NCBI GenBank assembly: GCA_905235485.1
Contig: CAJOLY010000004.1
Coordinates: 175-64,174 of the forward strand
Direction: 5' to 3'
Length of the DNA stretch: 64,000 nt
Source: an uncultured Clostridia bacterium
Lineage (GTDB): Bacteria; Bacillota; Clostridia; Christensenellales; UBA1242
Part shown: positions 53,714 through 62,317 of the stretch, piece after piece
Numbering within the stretch: position 1 is the first letter of the stretch
How the letters are laid out: each line of letters begins with the position of its first letter
Position numbers and translations under genes: made by a program
The notes under the pieces: generated by a model
Databases searched by the model: none
What the model saw: only the letters and a program-made list of their open reading frames with translations
Told to the model about the DNA's origin: nothing

Positions 53714-54946
53714 ATGTGCAAGAAATATATAATTTTTGGTTTTGTTTTTATGTTGATGTTCTCTTGTTTTTTTTGTGCAAAAGATTCAATAAAATCTAAC
53801 GTTTTTGCCTTACAAAATACCTTGAGCACGATTCAAACTTCCACATATCTTGACATATCTACTGATTTGCAGGATCAAGTTGATGAGCAAATTAAAAATT
53901 TGAACACCAATCAATTTGACGAAATTTTAAAAGACTTGGGTGAGAAAGAAAAGACTATTTTTAATGGTGAATCTTTTTTTGAAAAACTTCAAAAAATTAT
54001 AAGTGGAAAGGAGGGTTTTGGTTTTGGTGAAATAATTAAATTATTCCTTTCGCTTTTTTTGGATAACCTATCAGGCATTATACCAATACTTGCACTTATA
54101 TGTGCTGTTGCAATATTAAGTAGTATTTTATTGCAATTTAGGGGAAAATCGATGAATAAGCCACTTGGAGACATTATTCATTTTGCTTGTTATGCAGTTG
54201 TAGTTGTGCTTGTTTTAACTTCTGTTTTTGAACTTGTAAAAATAACAACTAACACTTTAAATTCATTAAAATCGCAAATGGAAATATCTTTTCCAATATT
54301 ACTCACACTTATGGCAAGTTTGGGAGCGGGATCATCAGTGGCCATTTATCAGCCCTTGCTTGCAATTCTTTGTGGAATAATGTTACAGATTTTTTCAGTA
54401 ATAGTTTTACCAATTTTTTCACTTACTTTGATATTTAGTGTTATAGGAAATTTGACTTCATCAGTTAAATTTAACAAATTAACAAAATTTTTGGAAAGCA
54501 CTTTTAAGTACATAATTGGATTTGTTTTTACAATTTTTTCTGGGTTTATGGCTATTTCTGGAATTGTTGCAGGGAGTTATGATGGAATATCTATAAGGGC
54601 AACAAAGTTTGCAATAAAAAGCTATGTACCAATTATGGGAGGCTACATTTCAGATGGGTTTAGTCTGATTATGGCAAGTAGTGTGCTAATTAAAAATGCA
54701 ATAGGATACTCTGGGTTAATCATTTTATTTTTGACAATAATTTCTCCACTTATCAAAATAGTTTTATATAAATTAGGACTTTCTCTTGTCGCTGGAATAA
54801 TTGAATCCGTCGCAGACAAAAGGGTGACGAATTTCGTTTCAAGCACAGCAAAAAGTTTGACAATGTTATCAAGTATCATCTTGGCGTTTTCTTTCTCTTA
54901 TCTAATCAGTGTTGGGCTTTTAATGTGTACTTCAAATGTATTTTGA
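53714..54946 (+). CDS. spoIIIAE: stage III sporulation protein AE
   Basis: 410-aa polytopic membrane protein with a signal-like N-terminus, in the expected operon position. Confidence 0.9.
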   Translation: MCKKYIIFGFVFMLMFSCFFCAKDSIKSNVFALQNTLSTIQTSTYLDISTDLQDQVDEQIKNLNTNQFDEILKDLGEKEKTIFNGESFFEKLQKIISGKEGFGFGEIIKLFLSLFLDNLSGIIPILALICAVAILSSILLQFRGKSMNKPLGDIIHFACYAVVVVLVLTSVFELVKITTNTLNSLKSQMEISFPILLTLMASLGAGSSVAIYQPLLAILCGIMLQIFSVIVLPIFSLTLIFSVIGNLTSSVKFNKLTKFLESTFKYIIGFVFTIFSGFMAISGIVAGSYDGISIRATKFAIKSYVPIMGGYISDGFSLIMASSVLIKNAIGYSGLIILFLTIISPLIKIVLYKLGLSLVAGIIESVADKRVTNFVSSTAKSLTMLSSIILAFSFSYLISVGLLMCTSNVF

Positions 54947-55065
54947 TGTCAAATTACAATTTTTCTTCGTTTCTTATTTAAAGCTTACAAGTGATAAGTA
55001 TAGATTGATGAACAAATTAGTAGGCATTTTAAAAAAATAAAATAATAAAATAATATTGGTGAAAA

Positions 55066-55554
55066 ATGGGTGTAAGTTCATACATTTTAAGTATTATAGG
55101 GATTGTTTTTTTAGGTGTTTTAGTTGATGTAATTATGCCTGAAGGTGAAATGAATAAATTCATTAAAGGGGCATTTTCACTAATAGCACTTTTTGTGATT
55201 GTAAGTCCTGTTCAAAAGTTGTTCAAAAGTAATTTTGATATTGGAGATGTTTTTTATAATCAAAGTTCAATACAAACAGATTCTGATTTTTTGGAAGCAA
55301 CAGCCAAACAAATGAAATTAGAGCTTGAAAACACACTTAAAGTAAAGCTTAAAGATGCCGGTTTTGATAAGGTTGAGGTCGAAATTATGTGTGATTTGTC
55401 AAATAATGTTTTAGATATTAAAAAAGTTTATATTGACATTTCAAAAATGGTTATCAACACAAATTTGGTGCATATAAATAAGTATACAGAGATCAAAAAT
55501 GTAACAATAAATTTTTTGAATGTGGAGGAGAGTGATGTTGTAATAAATGAGTGA
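55066..55554 (+). CDS. spoIIIAF: stage III sporulation protein AF
   Basis: Two N-terminal TM helices (...VLVDVIMPEG...), matching size and position. Confidence 0.8.
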   Translation: MGVSSYILSIIGIVFLGVLVDVIMPEGEMNKFIKGAFSLIALFVIVSPVQKLFKSNFDIGDVFYNQSSIQTDSDFLEATAKQMKLELENTLKVKLKDAGFDKVEVEIMCDLSNNVLDIKKVYIDISKMVINTNLVHINKYTEIKNVTINFLNVEESDVVINE

Positions 55555-56116
55555 AGAAAAAAAAGAAAAGAAGGATGCTTTCAAGTTCTTAAAAAATTGG
55601 GACTTTTTAAAAAAGCTAAAACAGGTCAAGCATATAGGACTAATAATAACTATTATTTTTGTTTTGATATTGCTTATAATTTTATTTGGAGACATAAATT
55701 TATTTAAAACAAAAAGCTCATCTTCGACAGTTCAATCAAGTGTTACATATACATCGAGTAGTGAATATGCAACTGAAATTGAGGACAAGCTTAAAAATTT
55801 AATTTCCAAAATAAAAGGTACTGGTAATGTTGAGGTTATGGTTACACTCGACAGCAGTGCAAGTGTTGTTTTGGCTTCTAATGATGAAACAAAAACAAAT
55901 AATGGCACAACGACTGTTTCAGTTAGTCCAATAATTTTGGAACAAAATGGAGAAAGTTATCCACTTATTGTTGGGGAAGTTTTGCCAAAGATTAAAGGTG
56001 TTGTGGTGGTTAGTAGTGGAGCAAGTAATACTTCAGTTAGGCTTAATATTCTAAATGCAGTACAAACACTTTTGAATTTGAATGATTCGCAAATAAATAT
56101 TTTGGTGGGAGAATAA
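55547..56116 (+). CDS. spoIIIAG: stage III sporulation protein AG
   Basis: A single TM followed by a C-terminal ring-building motif region (...PKIKGVVVVSSGA...), in the expected operon position. Confidence 0.8.
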   Translation: MSEEKKEKKDAFKFLKNWDFLKKLKQVKHIGLIITIIFVLILLIILFGDINLFKTKSSSSTVQSSVTYTSSSEYATEIEDKLKNLISKIKGTGNVEVMVTLDSSASVVLASNDETKTNNGTTTVSVSPIILEQNGESYPLIVGEVLPKIKGVVVVSSGASNTSVRLNILNAVQTLLNLNDSQINILVGE

Positions 56117-56128
56117 AGGAGATTTGTT

Positions 56129-56602
56129 ATGAGTAAAAAGAAAAAAATAGTGATTTTAGCCACAATGTTTGTCTTACTTGTTGTGACAGGATATCTTAAT
56201 ATTGTGTTAAACAATAATGCAACAACAGTAACAAATAGTGAAAATGTTGTAACTGGAAATTTTTTTACAACATATAGAACGGACAGACAGTCAACAAGAG
56301 ATGAAGAAATGGCATATTATGATGCAATAATTGCAAGCGCAACAAGTAGCGCTGAAGCAAAGGCAAATGCAGAGGCAAAAAAACAAAACTTGGTTGCCTC
56401 AATGGAAATGGAACTCGTGACAGAAGGACTAATCAAAGCAAAAGGCTTTGAAGACGTTATTGTTACAAGCTCAAATAATGTAATAAATGTTATTGTTAAA
56501 TCGGGTGCTTTGAAGAGTAGTGAAGTTGCACAGATTGTTTCAATTGTTAAAGAGCAGGCCAATGTTAGTATTGACAATATAAAAATAATACCTGTCGAAT
56601 AA
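56129..56602 (+). CDS. spoIIIAH: stage III sporulation protein AH
   Basis: An N-terminal TM and a YscJ/FliF-like C-terminal region. It is the last gene of the operon and is followed by a terminator. Confidence 0.8.
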   Translation: MSKKKKIVILATMFVLLVVTGYLNIVLNNNATTVTNSENVVTGNFFTTYRTDRQSTRDEEMAYYDAIIASATSSAEAKANAEAKKQNLVASMEMELVTEGLIKAKGFEDVIVTSSNNVINVIVKSGALKSSEVAQIVSIVKEQANVSIDNIKIIPVE

Positions 56603-56609
56603 TAAAATT

Positions 56610-56634
56610 TGAGCGAAAATTATCGCTCATTTTT
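56610..56634 (+). terminator. intrinsic terminator of the spoIIIA operon
   Basis: TGAGCGA-AAATTA-TCGCTCA plus T5. Confidence 0.8.
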
Positions 56635-56699
56635 ATTTTATCTAATAAAAATGTTTGAAACAAAAAAAACTTTGTGATATAATAATTTAGCGAGGTTTT

Positions 56700-57080
56700 A
56701 TGAATTACGAACTTAAAGACGAAATGTACTCAAATAAATCAAACAAAGGCAAAATAAACTACAACAAAAACATTTTGCTTTCCATTATAAGTTTGGCAAC
56801 AAAAGAAATCGCAGGTGTTTCTTCTTTATGCGATAATTTTGGCAGTGGAATAAAAAAACTTTTTTCAAATAATTATACCAATGGCGTTAGAATTCAATAT
56901 GGAAAAAACGGAGTGGTTATTGATGTATACATCAATGTTTTGGAAGGTTATAGTGTTCCAGACATTGCATATAAAGTTCAAGAGAATATTAAAAATGGAA
57001 TCTCAGCTATGATTGATGTGAATATTGATACAATAAATGTTCATGTTCAGGGTGTGGATTTCAGTCAAAAGGTAGATTGA
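56700..57080 (+). CDS. yqhY: Asp23/Gls24 family protein (YqhY-like)
   Basis: Asp23 pattern (ILLSIISLATKEIAGVSSL...VDIYINV...V...V...V), immediately upstream of nusB as in Bacillus. Confidence 0.75.
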   Translation: MNYELKDEMYSNKSNKGKINYNKNILLSIISLATKEIAGVSSLCDNFGSGIKKLFSNNYTNGVRIQYGKNGVVIDVYINVLEGYSVPDIAYKVQENIKNGISAMIDVNIDTINVHVQGVDFSQKVD

Positions 57081-57081
57081 T

Positions 57082-57504
57082 ATGAGTAGACGACTTGCTA
57101 GAGAAGATTGCTTTAAACTAATGTTTGAATTTGAATTTTTAAAAGAGAGAAACGAGCTTTCTCTTTTTGCATATTTAGAAGATGAAAATTTAACAGACGA
57201 AGAAAAAGAATTTGTTAAAAAAGAATATGATGGACTAATTGAAAAAAATTTTGATATTGAAAGCATAATAGAAAAATACTTGAAAGACTATACTTTGCAA
57301 AGAATTTTTAAAGTTGACCTTGCAATACTTAAAATTGCTGTTTATGAAATGTTGTTCAGTGACGAAAATTTGCCCTGTGGTGTTATAATAAATGAAGCAG
57401 TGGAACTTGCAAAAAAGTATTCAACTGACAAAAGTTACAGTTTTGTGAATGGACTTCTTGCTAGTATAAATAAAGGTGAAAATGATGGAACGAAAGCCAA
57501 TTAG
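57082..57504 (+). CDS. nusB: transcription antitermination factor NusB
   Basis: MSRRLAREDCFKLMFEFEF..., ...IINEAVELAKKYS...S..FVNGLL. Confidence 0.9.
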   Translation: MSRRLAREDCFKLMFEFEFLKERNELSLFAYLEDENLTDEEKEFVKKEYDGLIEKNFDIESIIEKYLKDYTLQRIFKVDLAILKIAVYEMLFSDENLPCGVIINEAVELAKKYSTDKSYSFVNGLLASINKGENDGTKAN

Positions 57505-58600
57505 TGTTTCAATTCTTTCAAACTACATAAAACAAATATTTGATGCTGAAACTCTTTTGTTTAATATCGATGTAATTGGCGAAATATCAAGTTACGGAAT
57601 ATCAAATGGAAATGCTTTTTTTACAATTAAAGATGAAAATGCACTGCTAAATTGTGTATTATTTGGAGCAAATAGTTTTCCTAATTTCAAACCTGGTGAC
57701 AAAGTTATTGTGACAGGTACGCCAAAGTACTATGCAAAAGGTGGAAAGCTTAATTTTAACTGTACAAATATAAAATTGTTTGGTGAAGGTGACATCTTTA
57801 AAAGATTTTTAGAACTCAAAGACAGGCTTGAAAAAGAAGGGCTTTTTGATATTGCTCACAAAAAATCAATGCCCGCAAAAATCAATAGAATTGGAGTAAT
57901 AACAAGTGAAACAGGTGCAGTCATTCACGATATTATCACTGTAACAAAAAGAAGAAACTCTGCGCAAGACATTATTTTGTATCCAATAAAAGTGCAAGGA
58001 ATTGGAGCTGATATTGAAATTGCAAAAGCGATAAAATTTTTTTCCGAATATGCAGACATTGATGCAATCATTGTTGGTCGTGGTGGTGGAAGTGATGATG
58101 ATTTGGCAAATTTCAACAGTGAAATTGTTGCAAGGGCAGTTTATGACTGCAAAAAATTTATAGTCAGTGCAGTTGGTCACGAAACAGACGTAACTCTTTG
58201 TGATTATGTTGCTGATCTTAGAGCACCAACGCCCTCAGCAGCAGCGGAACTTCTCACAAAAGATGGAACAGAAAGAAAGAAAACACTTAACTTGTTGATG
58301 CAAAATATAAATAATTTAATTGATCATAAAATTTATGATGGCAAAAGCAGACTAGATAATTTATATACAAAAATTGACACTACTATGCAAACTTTCATAA
58401 ATAATAAAAGCACTCAACTTGAAATATTTTTGCAAAAAATAAAAAATCTTAATCCAAAAGCCATATTAAATTTAGGTTATGCAAAAGTTGAAAGTGGAAT
58501 AGAAACGATTGATAGTGCGAAAAAAGTTAATATTGGCCAAGAGCTAAATATATACTTTGCTGATGGCAAAATCAAAGCAAATGTGAAGGAAATTGAATAA
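57482..58600 (+). CDS. xseA: exodeoxyribonuclease VII large subunit
   Basis: OB-fold N-terminus (...ISVSILSNYIKQIF...), a central IGVITSETGAVIHDI and RGGGS..DL motif. The start is among GTG 57476, ATG 57482 and ATG 57485. Confidence 0.9.
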   Translation: MMERKPISVSILSNYIKQIFDAETLLFNIDVIGEISSYGISNGNAFFTIKDENALLNCVLFGANSFPNFKPGDKVIVTGTPKYYAKGGKLNFNCTNIKLFGEGDIFKRFLELKDRLEKEGLFDIAHKKSMPAKINRIGVITSETGAVIHDIITVTKRRNSAQDIILYPIKVQGIGADIEIAKAIKFFSEYADIDAIIVGRGGGSDDDLANFNSEIVARAVYDCKKFIVSAVGHETDVTLCDYVADLRAPTPSAAAELLTKDGTERKKTLNLLMQNINNLIDHKIYDGKSRLDNLYTKIDTTMQTFINNKSTQLEIFLQKIKNLNPKAILNLGYAKVESGIETIDSAKKVNIGQELNIYFADGKIKANVKEIE

Positions 58601-58806
58601 TGGATTACGAAAAAAATATTGAGGAATTAAGTAATATAATAGAAGCACTTTCAAATCAAAAATTGTCACTTGATGAAAGTGTAAAACTTTATGAAAATGC
58701 TGAAAAGTTATATAAGGAATGTGCTGAATATCTTGAAAAGCAAAGTGGAAAAGTTTACAAAATCAAGCAAGATTTGGAAAAATTTAATGAGGAAGAAATA
58801 GACTAG
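58600..58806 (+). CDS. xseB: exodeoxyribonuclease VII small subunit
   Basis: 68 aa with the pattern LEELSNIIEALSNQKLSLDESVKLYENAEKLYKEC. It overlaps the xseA stop. Confidence 0.9.
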   Translation: MDYEKNIEELSNIIEALSNQKLSLDESVKLYENAEKLYKECAEYLEKQSGKVYKIKQDLEKFNEEEID

Positions 58807-58814
58807 GAGTAATT

Positions 58815-60245
58815 ATGGAAGAAAAAAAATTTGTAGCAGAGCTAACAGATATAAATGAAGATTTATCTCAATGGTACACTGATGTTATTACAAAAGCTGA
58901 TTTGTGTGACTATGGCCCAGTTAAGGGAACTATGGTTATCAAGCCATATGGCTATGAAATTTGGGAGCATATAAAGGAATATTTAGATATTGAGTTTAAA
59001 AAAGCTGGTTCAAAAAATGCATATTTTCCAATGTTTATTCCAGAAAGTTTTTTGAAAAAAGAAGCTGAGCACGTTGAAGGTTTTGCACCAGAAGTTGCAG
59101 TTGTGACATATGCTGGTGGCCAAGAACTATCTGAAAAACTCATTGTAAGACCTACAAGTGAAACCATAATTGGTGAAATGTATAGCAAATGGATAAAAAG
59201 TTATAGAGATTTGCCAATGATTATGAATCAGTGGTGTAATGTTGTTAGATGGGAAAAAACAACTCGCCCATTTTTAAGAACTAGTGAATTTTTATGGCAA
59301 GAAGGCCACACAGTGCAAGCAACAGAAAAAGATGCTGTTGACAATACGATTAAAATGCTTGAAGTGTACAAAAAAATGGCAAAAGAATTGCTTGCAATTC
59401 CGGTTTTAAGTGGCAGAAAAACAGAAAGAGAAAAATTTGCTGGAGCAGTTGACACATATGGAATAGAAGCAGTGCTTAGGGACGGAAAATGTCTGCAGGC
59501 TGGCACAAGCCATTATCTTGGTCAAAATTTTGCAAAATCAGCAGACATCAAATTCTTAGATAAAGATGGGGAATGGAAATATGGCTATACAACTTCTTGG
59601 GGCGTAAGTACAAGACTGATTGGCGCAGTTGTTATGGTTCATGGAGATGAAAGAGGAATCAAGCTTCCACCAAAAATAGCACCTATTCAAACTGTGATTG
59701 TTCCAATTGCATGCCACAAGGAAGGAGTACTCGAAAACGTTGAAAAACTTGCATATAGATTAGAACAAGCAGGTATCAGAGTATATGTTGATGACAGCAA
59801 TCAGACAGCTGGTTGGAAGTTTAATCAATGGGAAATGAAAGGTGTTCCACTAAGGCTTGAACTTGGGCCAAGAGATATCGAAAATGGCACAGTAATGGCT
59901 GTTAGGCGTGATACTCACGAAAAAATTTCACTATCATTAAACGATATAGAAAATTCTATAAAAGAACTTCTAGATAACATTCAACAAAATATGTATGATT
60001 TAGCTTATGACTTTGTAAGGCATAATTCTTTTGATGTTAACACAGTTGAAGATATGGTTAACTGTATCAATCAAAAAAAGGTTGCAATGGCATATCACTG
60101 TGGTGATAAAACTTGCGAAGAAGAATTGAAAGCTGAAACAGGTATTCAAAGCAGAGTTATTATCTGCGAAGCTAATGATGAGCAAAAGTGCATTAGATGT
60201 GGCAAAAAAGCTAAACATAAGGCATATTTTGCAAAACAATATTAA
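58815..60245 (+). CDS. proS: proline--tRNA ligase (archaeal/eukaryote-like short type)
   Basis: The N-terminus ...FVAELTDINEDLSQWYTDVITKADLCDYGPVKGTMVIKPYGYEIWE is typical of the 470-480-aa ProRS form. Class II motifs, a C-terminal zinc-binding-type domain, and a terminal Y. Confidence 0.9.
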   Translation: MEEKKFVAELTDINEDLSQWYTDVITKADLCDYGPVKGTMVIKPYGYEIWEHIKEYLDIEFKKAGSKNAYFPMFIPESFLKKEAEHVEGFAPEVAVVTYAGGQELSEKLIVRPTSETIIGEMYSKWIKSYRDLPMIMNQWCNVVRWEKTTRPFLRTSEFLWQEGHTVQATEKDAVDNTIKMLEVYKKMAKELLAIPVLSGRKTEREKFAGAVDTYGIEAVLRDGKCLQAGTSHYLGQNFAKSADIKFLDKDGEWKYGYTTSWGVSTRLIGAVVMVHGDERGIKLPPKIAPIQTVIVPIACHKEGVLENVEKLAYRLEQAGIRVYVDDSNQTAGWKFNQWEMKGVPLRLELGPRDIENGTVMAVRRDTHEKISLSLNDIENSIKELLDNIQQNMYDLAYDFVRHNSFDVNTVEDMVNCINQKKVAMAYHCGDKTCEEELKAETGIQSRVIICEANDEQKCIRCGKKAKHKAYFAKQY

Positions 60246-60249
60246 GCAC

Positions 60250-60278
60250 TTGATTTATAAATAAAAATTTGATATAAT
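60250..60278 (+). promoter_or_regulatory. sigma-A-type promoter TTGATT-17-TGaTATAAT driving the large ncRNA
   Basis: -35 at 60250-60255 and -10 at 60273-60278 with an upstream TG, directly after the proS stop. Confidence 0.5.
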
Positions 60279-60284
60279 AATTAA

Positions 60285-60860
60285 ACACTAAAAGTAAGAT
60301 GCAGTATTCTAGTCAAAATGTTTTGCTGGAAGGCGATTTAAAGCGTCGTAGAGCACATCGTTGAAGTTCCTTGTGTTTGCTCTGGTTGCCCAAATCGGTG
60401 TGAATGCTGGGAGTTAAGATTTTTGGGAAAGTTATAATGGCATATAATGTCATCCCAAATTTCGTGGAGACCTAAAAGGTAATAAAGCTAAATTTGTTAC
60501 TAATTGGGATTAAACCTGTATTGCGGTGAACAAAAAGCTGTGTGCAGAGTAGCTTGCTTTGAGTGAACTATTCGGATTGCACATCTAAATGTGCTGAATA
60601 TAGGCCATATGAAGCATACTCTATTGGTGTATGAAAGATAGTTTGCAAAAAAAGATAAGAGCAGGGCATTTTGTCAAGGAAAACTTCTAGACTGTTTGAA
60701 AGAGATATTATAGGGATTATAGTGTACTCTAAGTGGCTATTCGGTGTTATCAAGGCATCAAAAGGAAACTGCTTGCACGGTGACGGCAAGTTGCTTTGTG
60801 GGAAATCCGACCGAACCTAAGGTGCAAGGTTTACTTATAATATTATCTTACTTTCAAGTG
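60285..60860 (+). ncRNA. large structured non-coding RNA, probable OLE (ornate large extremophilic) RNA
   Basis: About 570 nt with no credible ORF and noticeably more GC than the flanks. The ends pair over 10 bp (60291-60300 AAAGTAAGAT with 60845-60854 ATCTTACTTT). Several local hairpins are present, e.g. GCACAT-CTAA-ATGTGC at 60579-60594 and TTGGGA...TCCCAA at 60423-60458. It has its own promoter. It sits directly upstream of a 4-TM protein gene in a nusB-xseA-xseB...argR context. Confidence 0.55.
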
Positions 60861-60877
60861 TTTTTTAATTTAAGAAT

Positions 60878-61444
60878 ATGGAAAAAGAAAATAAAACAAA
60901 TCAAAAAAAGCCAACAAAAACTAAATGGTGGGTACAAATATTTTTTATAACACTTTCGTTATCCTTTTGTTTTAGTATTTTAAGCGAGCTTATACTATCT
61001 AGTGTAAAATCTATACTTATTACAATACTTTCGATTGCTGCATTATTTATATTTATTTTAATTGCAGTGTTTTGCGATATGATTGGTGTTGCAATGGCTA
61101 GCGCTGATATTGCACCATTTATGTCAATGGCATCAAAAAAGATTAAGGGTGCAAAAGAAACTATTAAACTCCTTAAAAATGCAGATAAAACAAGTAGCTT
61201 TTTTTGTGATATCGTTGGAGATGCCTGCGGAATTATTTGTGGAAGTATAGGTGCATCAATAGTTGCAACCATTGCAATAAATGGACAAATTTGGGAAATA
61301 ATTATTGGTGCAATTATAAGTGCAATGATTGCAGGAATAACAGTACTTGGCAAAGCAATAGGAAAATCTATTGCCATCAATGAGTCCAATAAAATCGTTT
61401 TTGGGGTAGGGAAGTTTCTTAGTTTGTTCAAAAAACAAAAATGA
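60878..61444 (+). CDS. four-TM small membrane protein, candidate OLE-associated protein OapA
   Basis: 188 aa with four hydrophobic helices and a duplicated FCD(M/I)(I/V)G motif in helices 2 and 3. It lies immediately downstream of the large ncRNA. Confidence 0.5.
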   Translation: MEKENKTNQKKPTKTKWWVQIFFITLSLSFCFSILSELILSSVKSILITILSIAALFIFILIAVFCDMIGVAMASADIAPFMSMASKKIKGAKETIKLLKNADKTSSFFCDIVGDACGIICGSIGASIVATIAINGQIWEIIIGAIISAMIAGITVLGKAIGKSIAINESNKIVFGVGKFLSLFKKQK

Positions 61445-61463
61445 TTTATAACACATAAATATT

Positions 61464-61495
61464 AAGCTAAATATAATCATTATTTAGCTTTTTTT
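61464..61495 (+). terminator. intrinsic terminator
   Basis: AAGCTAAATA-TAATCAT-TATTTAGCTT plus T-run. Confidence 0.75.
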
Positions 61496-61624
61496 ATATA
61501 TATAATTTAAAATTTCTATAGTAACATTAGTCTGTCTTTAATTATAAATATATAACTATTCTGTATAATTACAATTATAAATTTTATACTTATAAATCAT
61601 TTTAAATATTTATAAAATTTTATT

Positions 61625-61717
61625 TGCATAAATATACAAAAAACGCTTGCATAATTATAAAATGTATTGTATAATTATTTCGTATAAAATGAATAAATAT
61701 CAATGTATATTTATACA
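61625..61717. promoter_or_regulatory. cluster of ARG-box-like AT-rich palindromic sites upstream of argR
   Basis: TGCATAAATATACA (61625-61638), TGCATAATTATAAA (61648-61661), TGAATAAATATCA (61690-61702) and TGTATATTTATACA (61704-61717). All resemble the TGAAT-w4-ATTCA ARG box. Confidence 0.5.
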
Positions 61718-61764
61718 AAATGAAAAATTGTTAGTCATTACTGACAAAATTGAGGTGAAAACTA

Positions 61765-62214
61765 ATGGCAAGAAGTTCAAGACAATCAAAAATTTTGGAA
61801 ATAATTCAGTCAAAAGAAATTGAGACGCAAGATGATTTGGTAAGAGAATTACGCGCTTTAAATTATGACATTACTCAAGCAACAATATCTCGTGACATTA
61901 AAGAACTTGGTCTCATCAAGATTATGACTGATGACAAGCGCTACAAATATGCATATGTAGATAATGCGGAACAACAAGTTAGTGGCAAATATATGCTTAT
62001 TTACAAAGAAGCCATCATAAGCGTAAAAGTGGCTCAAAATCTAGTCGTAATAAAAACGCTTAAAGGTGTTGCAAATGCAATTAGTTCTTATATAGATAAG
62101 TTAAACATAAAAAATGTTTTAGGAACAACTTTTGGCGATGAAACTGTTATGGTTATTTGTCCAACAAATATGGATGCAAATGATGTTTGTGAAAAAATCT
62201 CATCAATGTTTTAA
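61765..62214 (+). CDS. argR: arginine repressor
   Basis: The N-terminal winged helix (RQSKILEIIQSKEIETQDDLVRELRALNYDITQATISRDIKELGLIK) is canonical ArgR/AhrC. A C-terminal oligomerisation domain is present. Confidence 0.95.
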   Translation: MARSSRQSKILEIIQSKEIETQDDLVRELRALNYDITQATISRDIKELGLIKIMTDDKRYKYAYVDNAEQQVSGKYMLIYKEAIISVKVAQNLVVIKTLKGVANAISSYIDKLNIKNVLGTTFGDETVMVICPTNMDANDVCEKISSMF

Positions 62215-62280
62215 ACTACCTTTACATAAAAATTTAAGGTAGTTTTTTATTATATAATTAAAATATAATTAAATAAATAA

Positions 62281-62312
62281 AAAAAGCATACTTAATACGT
62301 ATGCTTTTTATT
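62281..62312. terminator. bidirectional terminator between argR and the convergent permease gene
   Basis: AAAAAGCATAC-TTAATA-CGTATGCTTTTT. Confidence 0.7.
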
Positions 62313-62317
62313 TTACC

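Noticed and set aside
58806-58815. Looked for a T-box leader upstream of proS
   Set aside because: proS starts 8 nt after xseB with only an RBS between them, so there is no room for a T-box. It appears to be co-transcribed with nusB-xseAB.
60285-60860. Considered RNase P RNA, tmRNA, SRP RNA or 6S RNA as the identity of the large RNA
   Set aside because: I could not find the RNase P GAGGAAAGTCC core, a tRNA-like tmRNA end (GGTTCGA...CCA), or SRP domain IV motifs. The size and gene context also fit those classes poorly.
60568-60950. Two small ORFs (60568-60789 minus strand, 60744-60950 plus strand) inside the proS-downstream spacer
   Set aside because: They have no RBS, overlap each other on opposite strands, and lie in a GC-enriched segment with end-to-end pairing. 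The region is interpreted as non-coding RNA.
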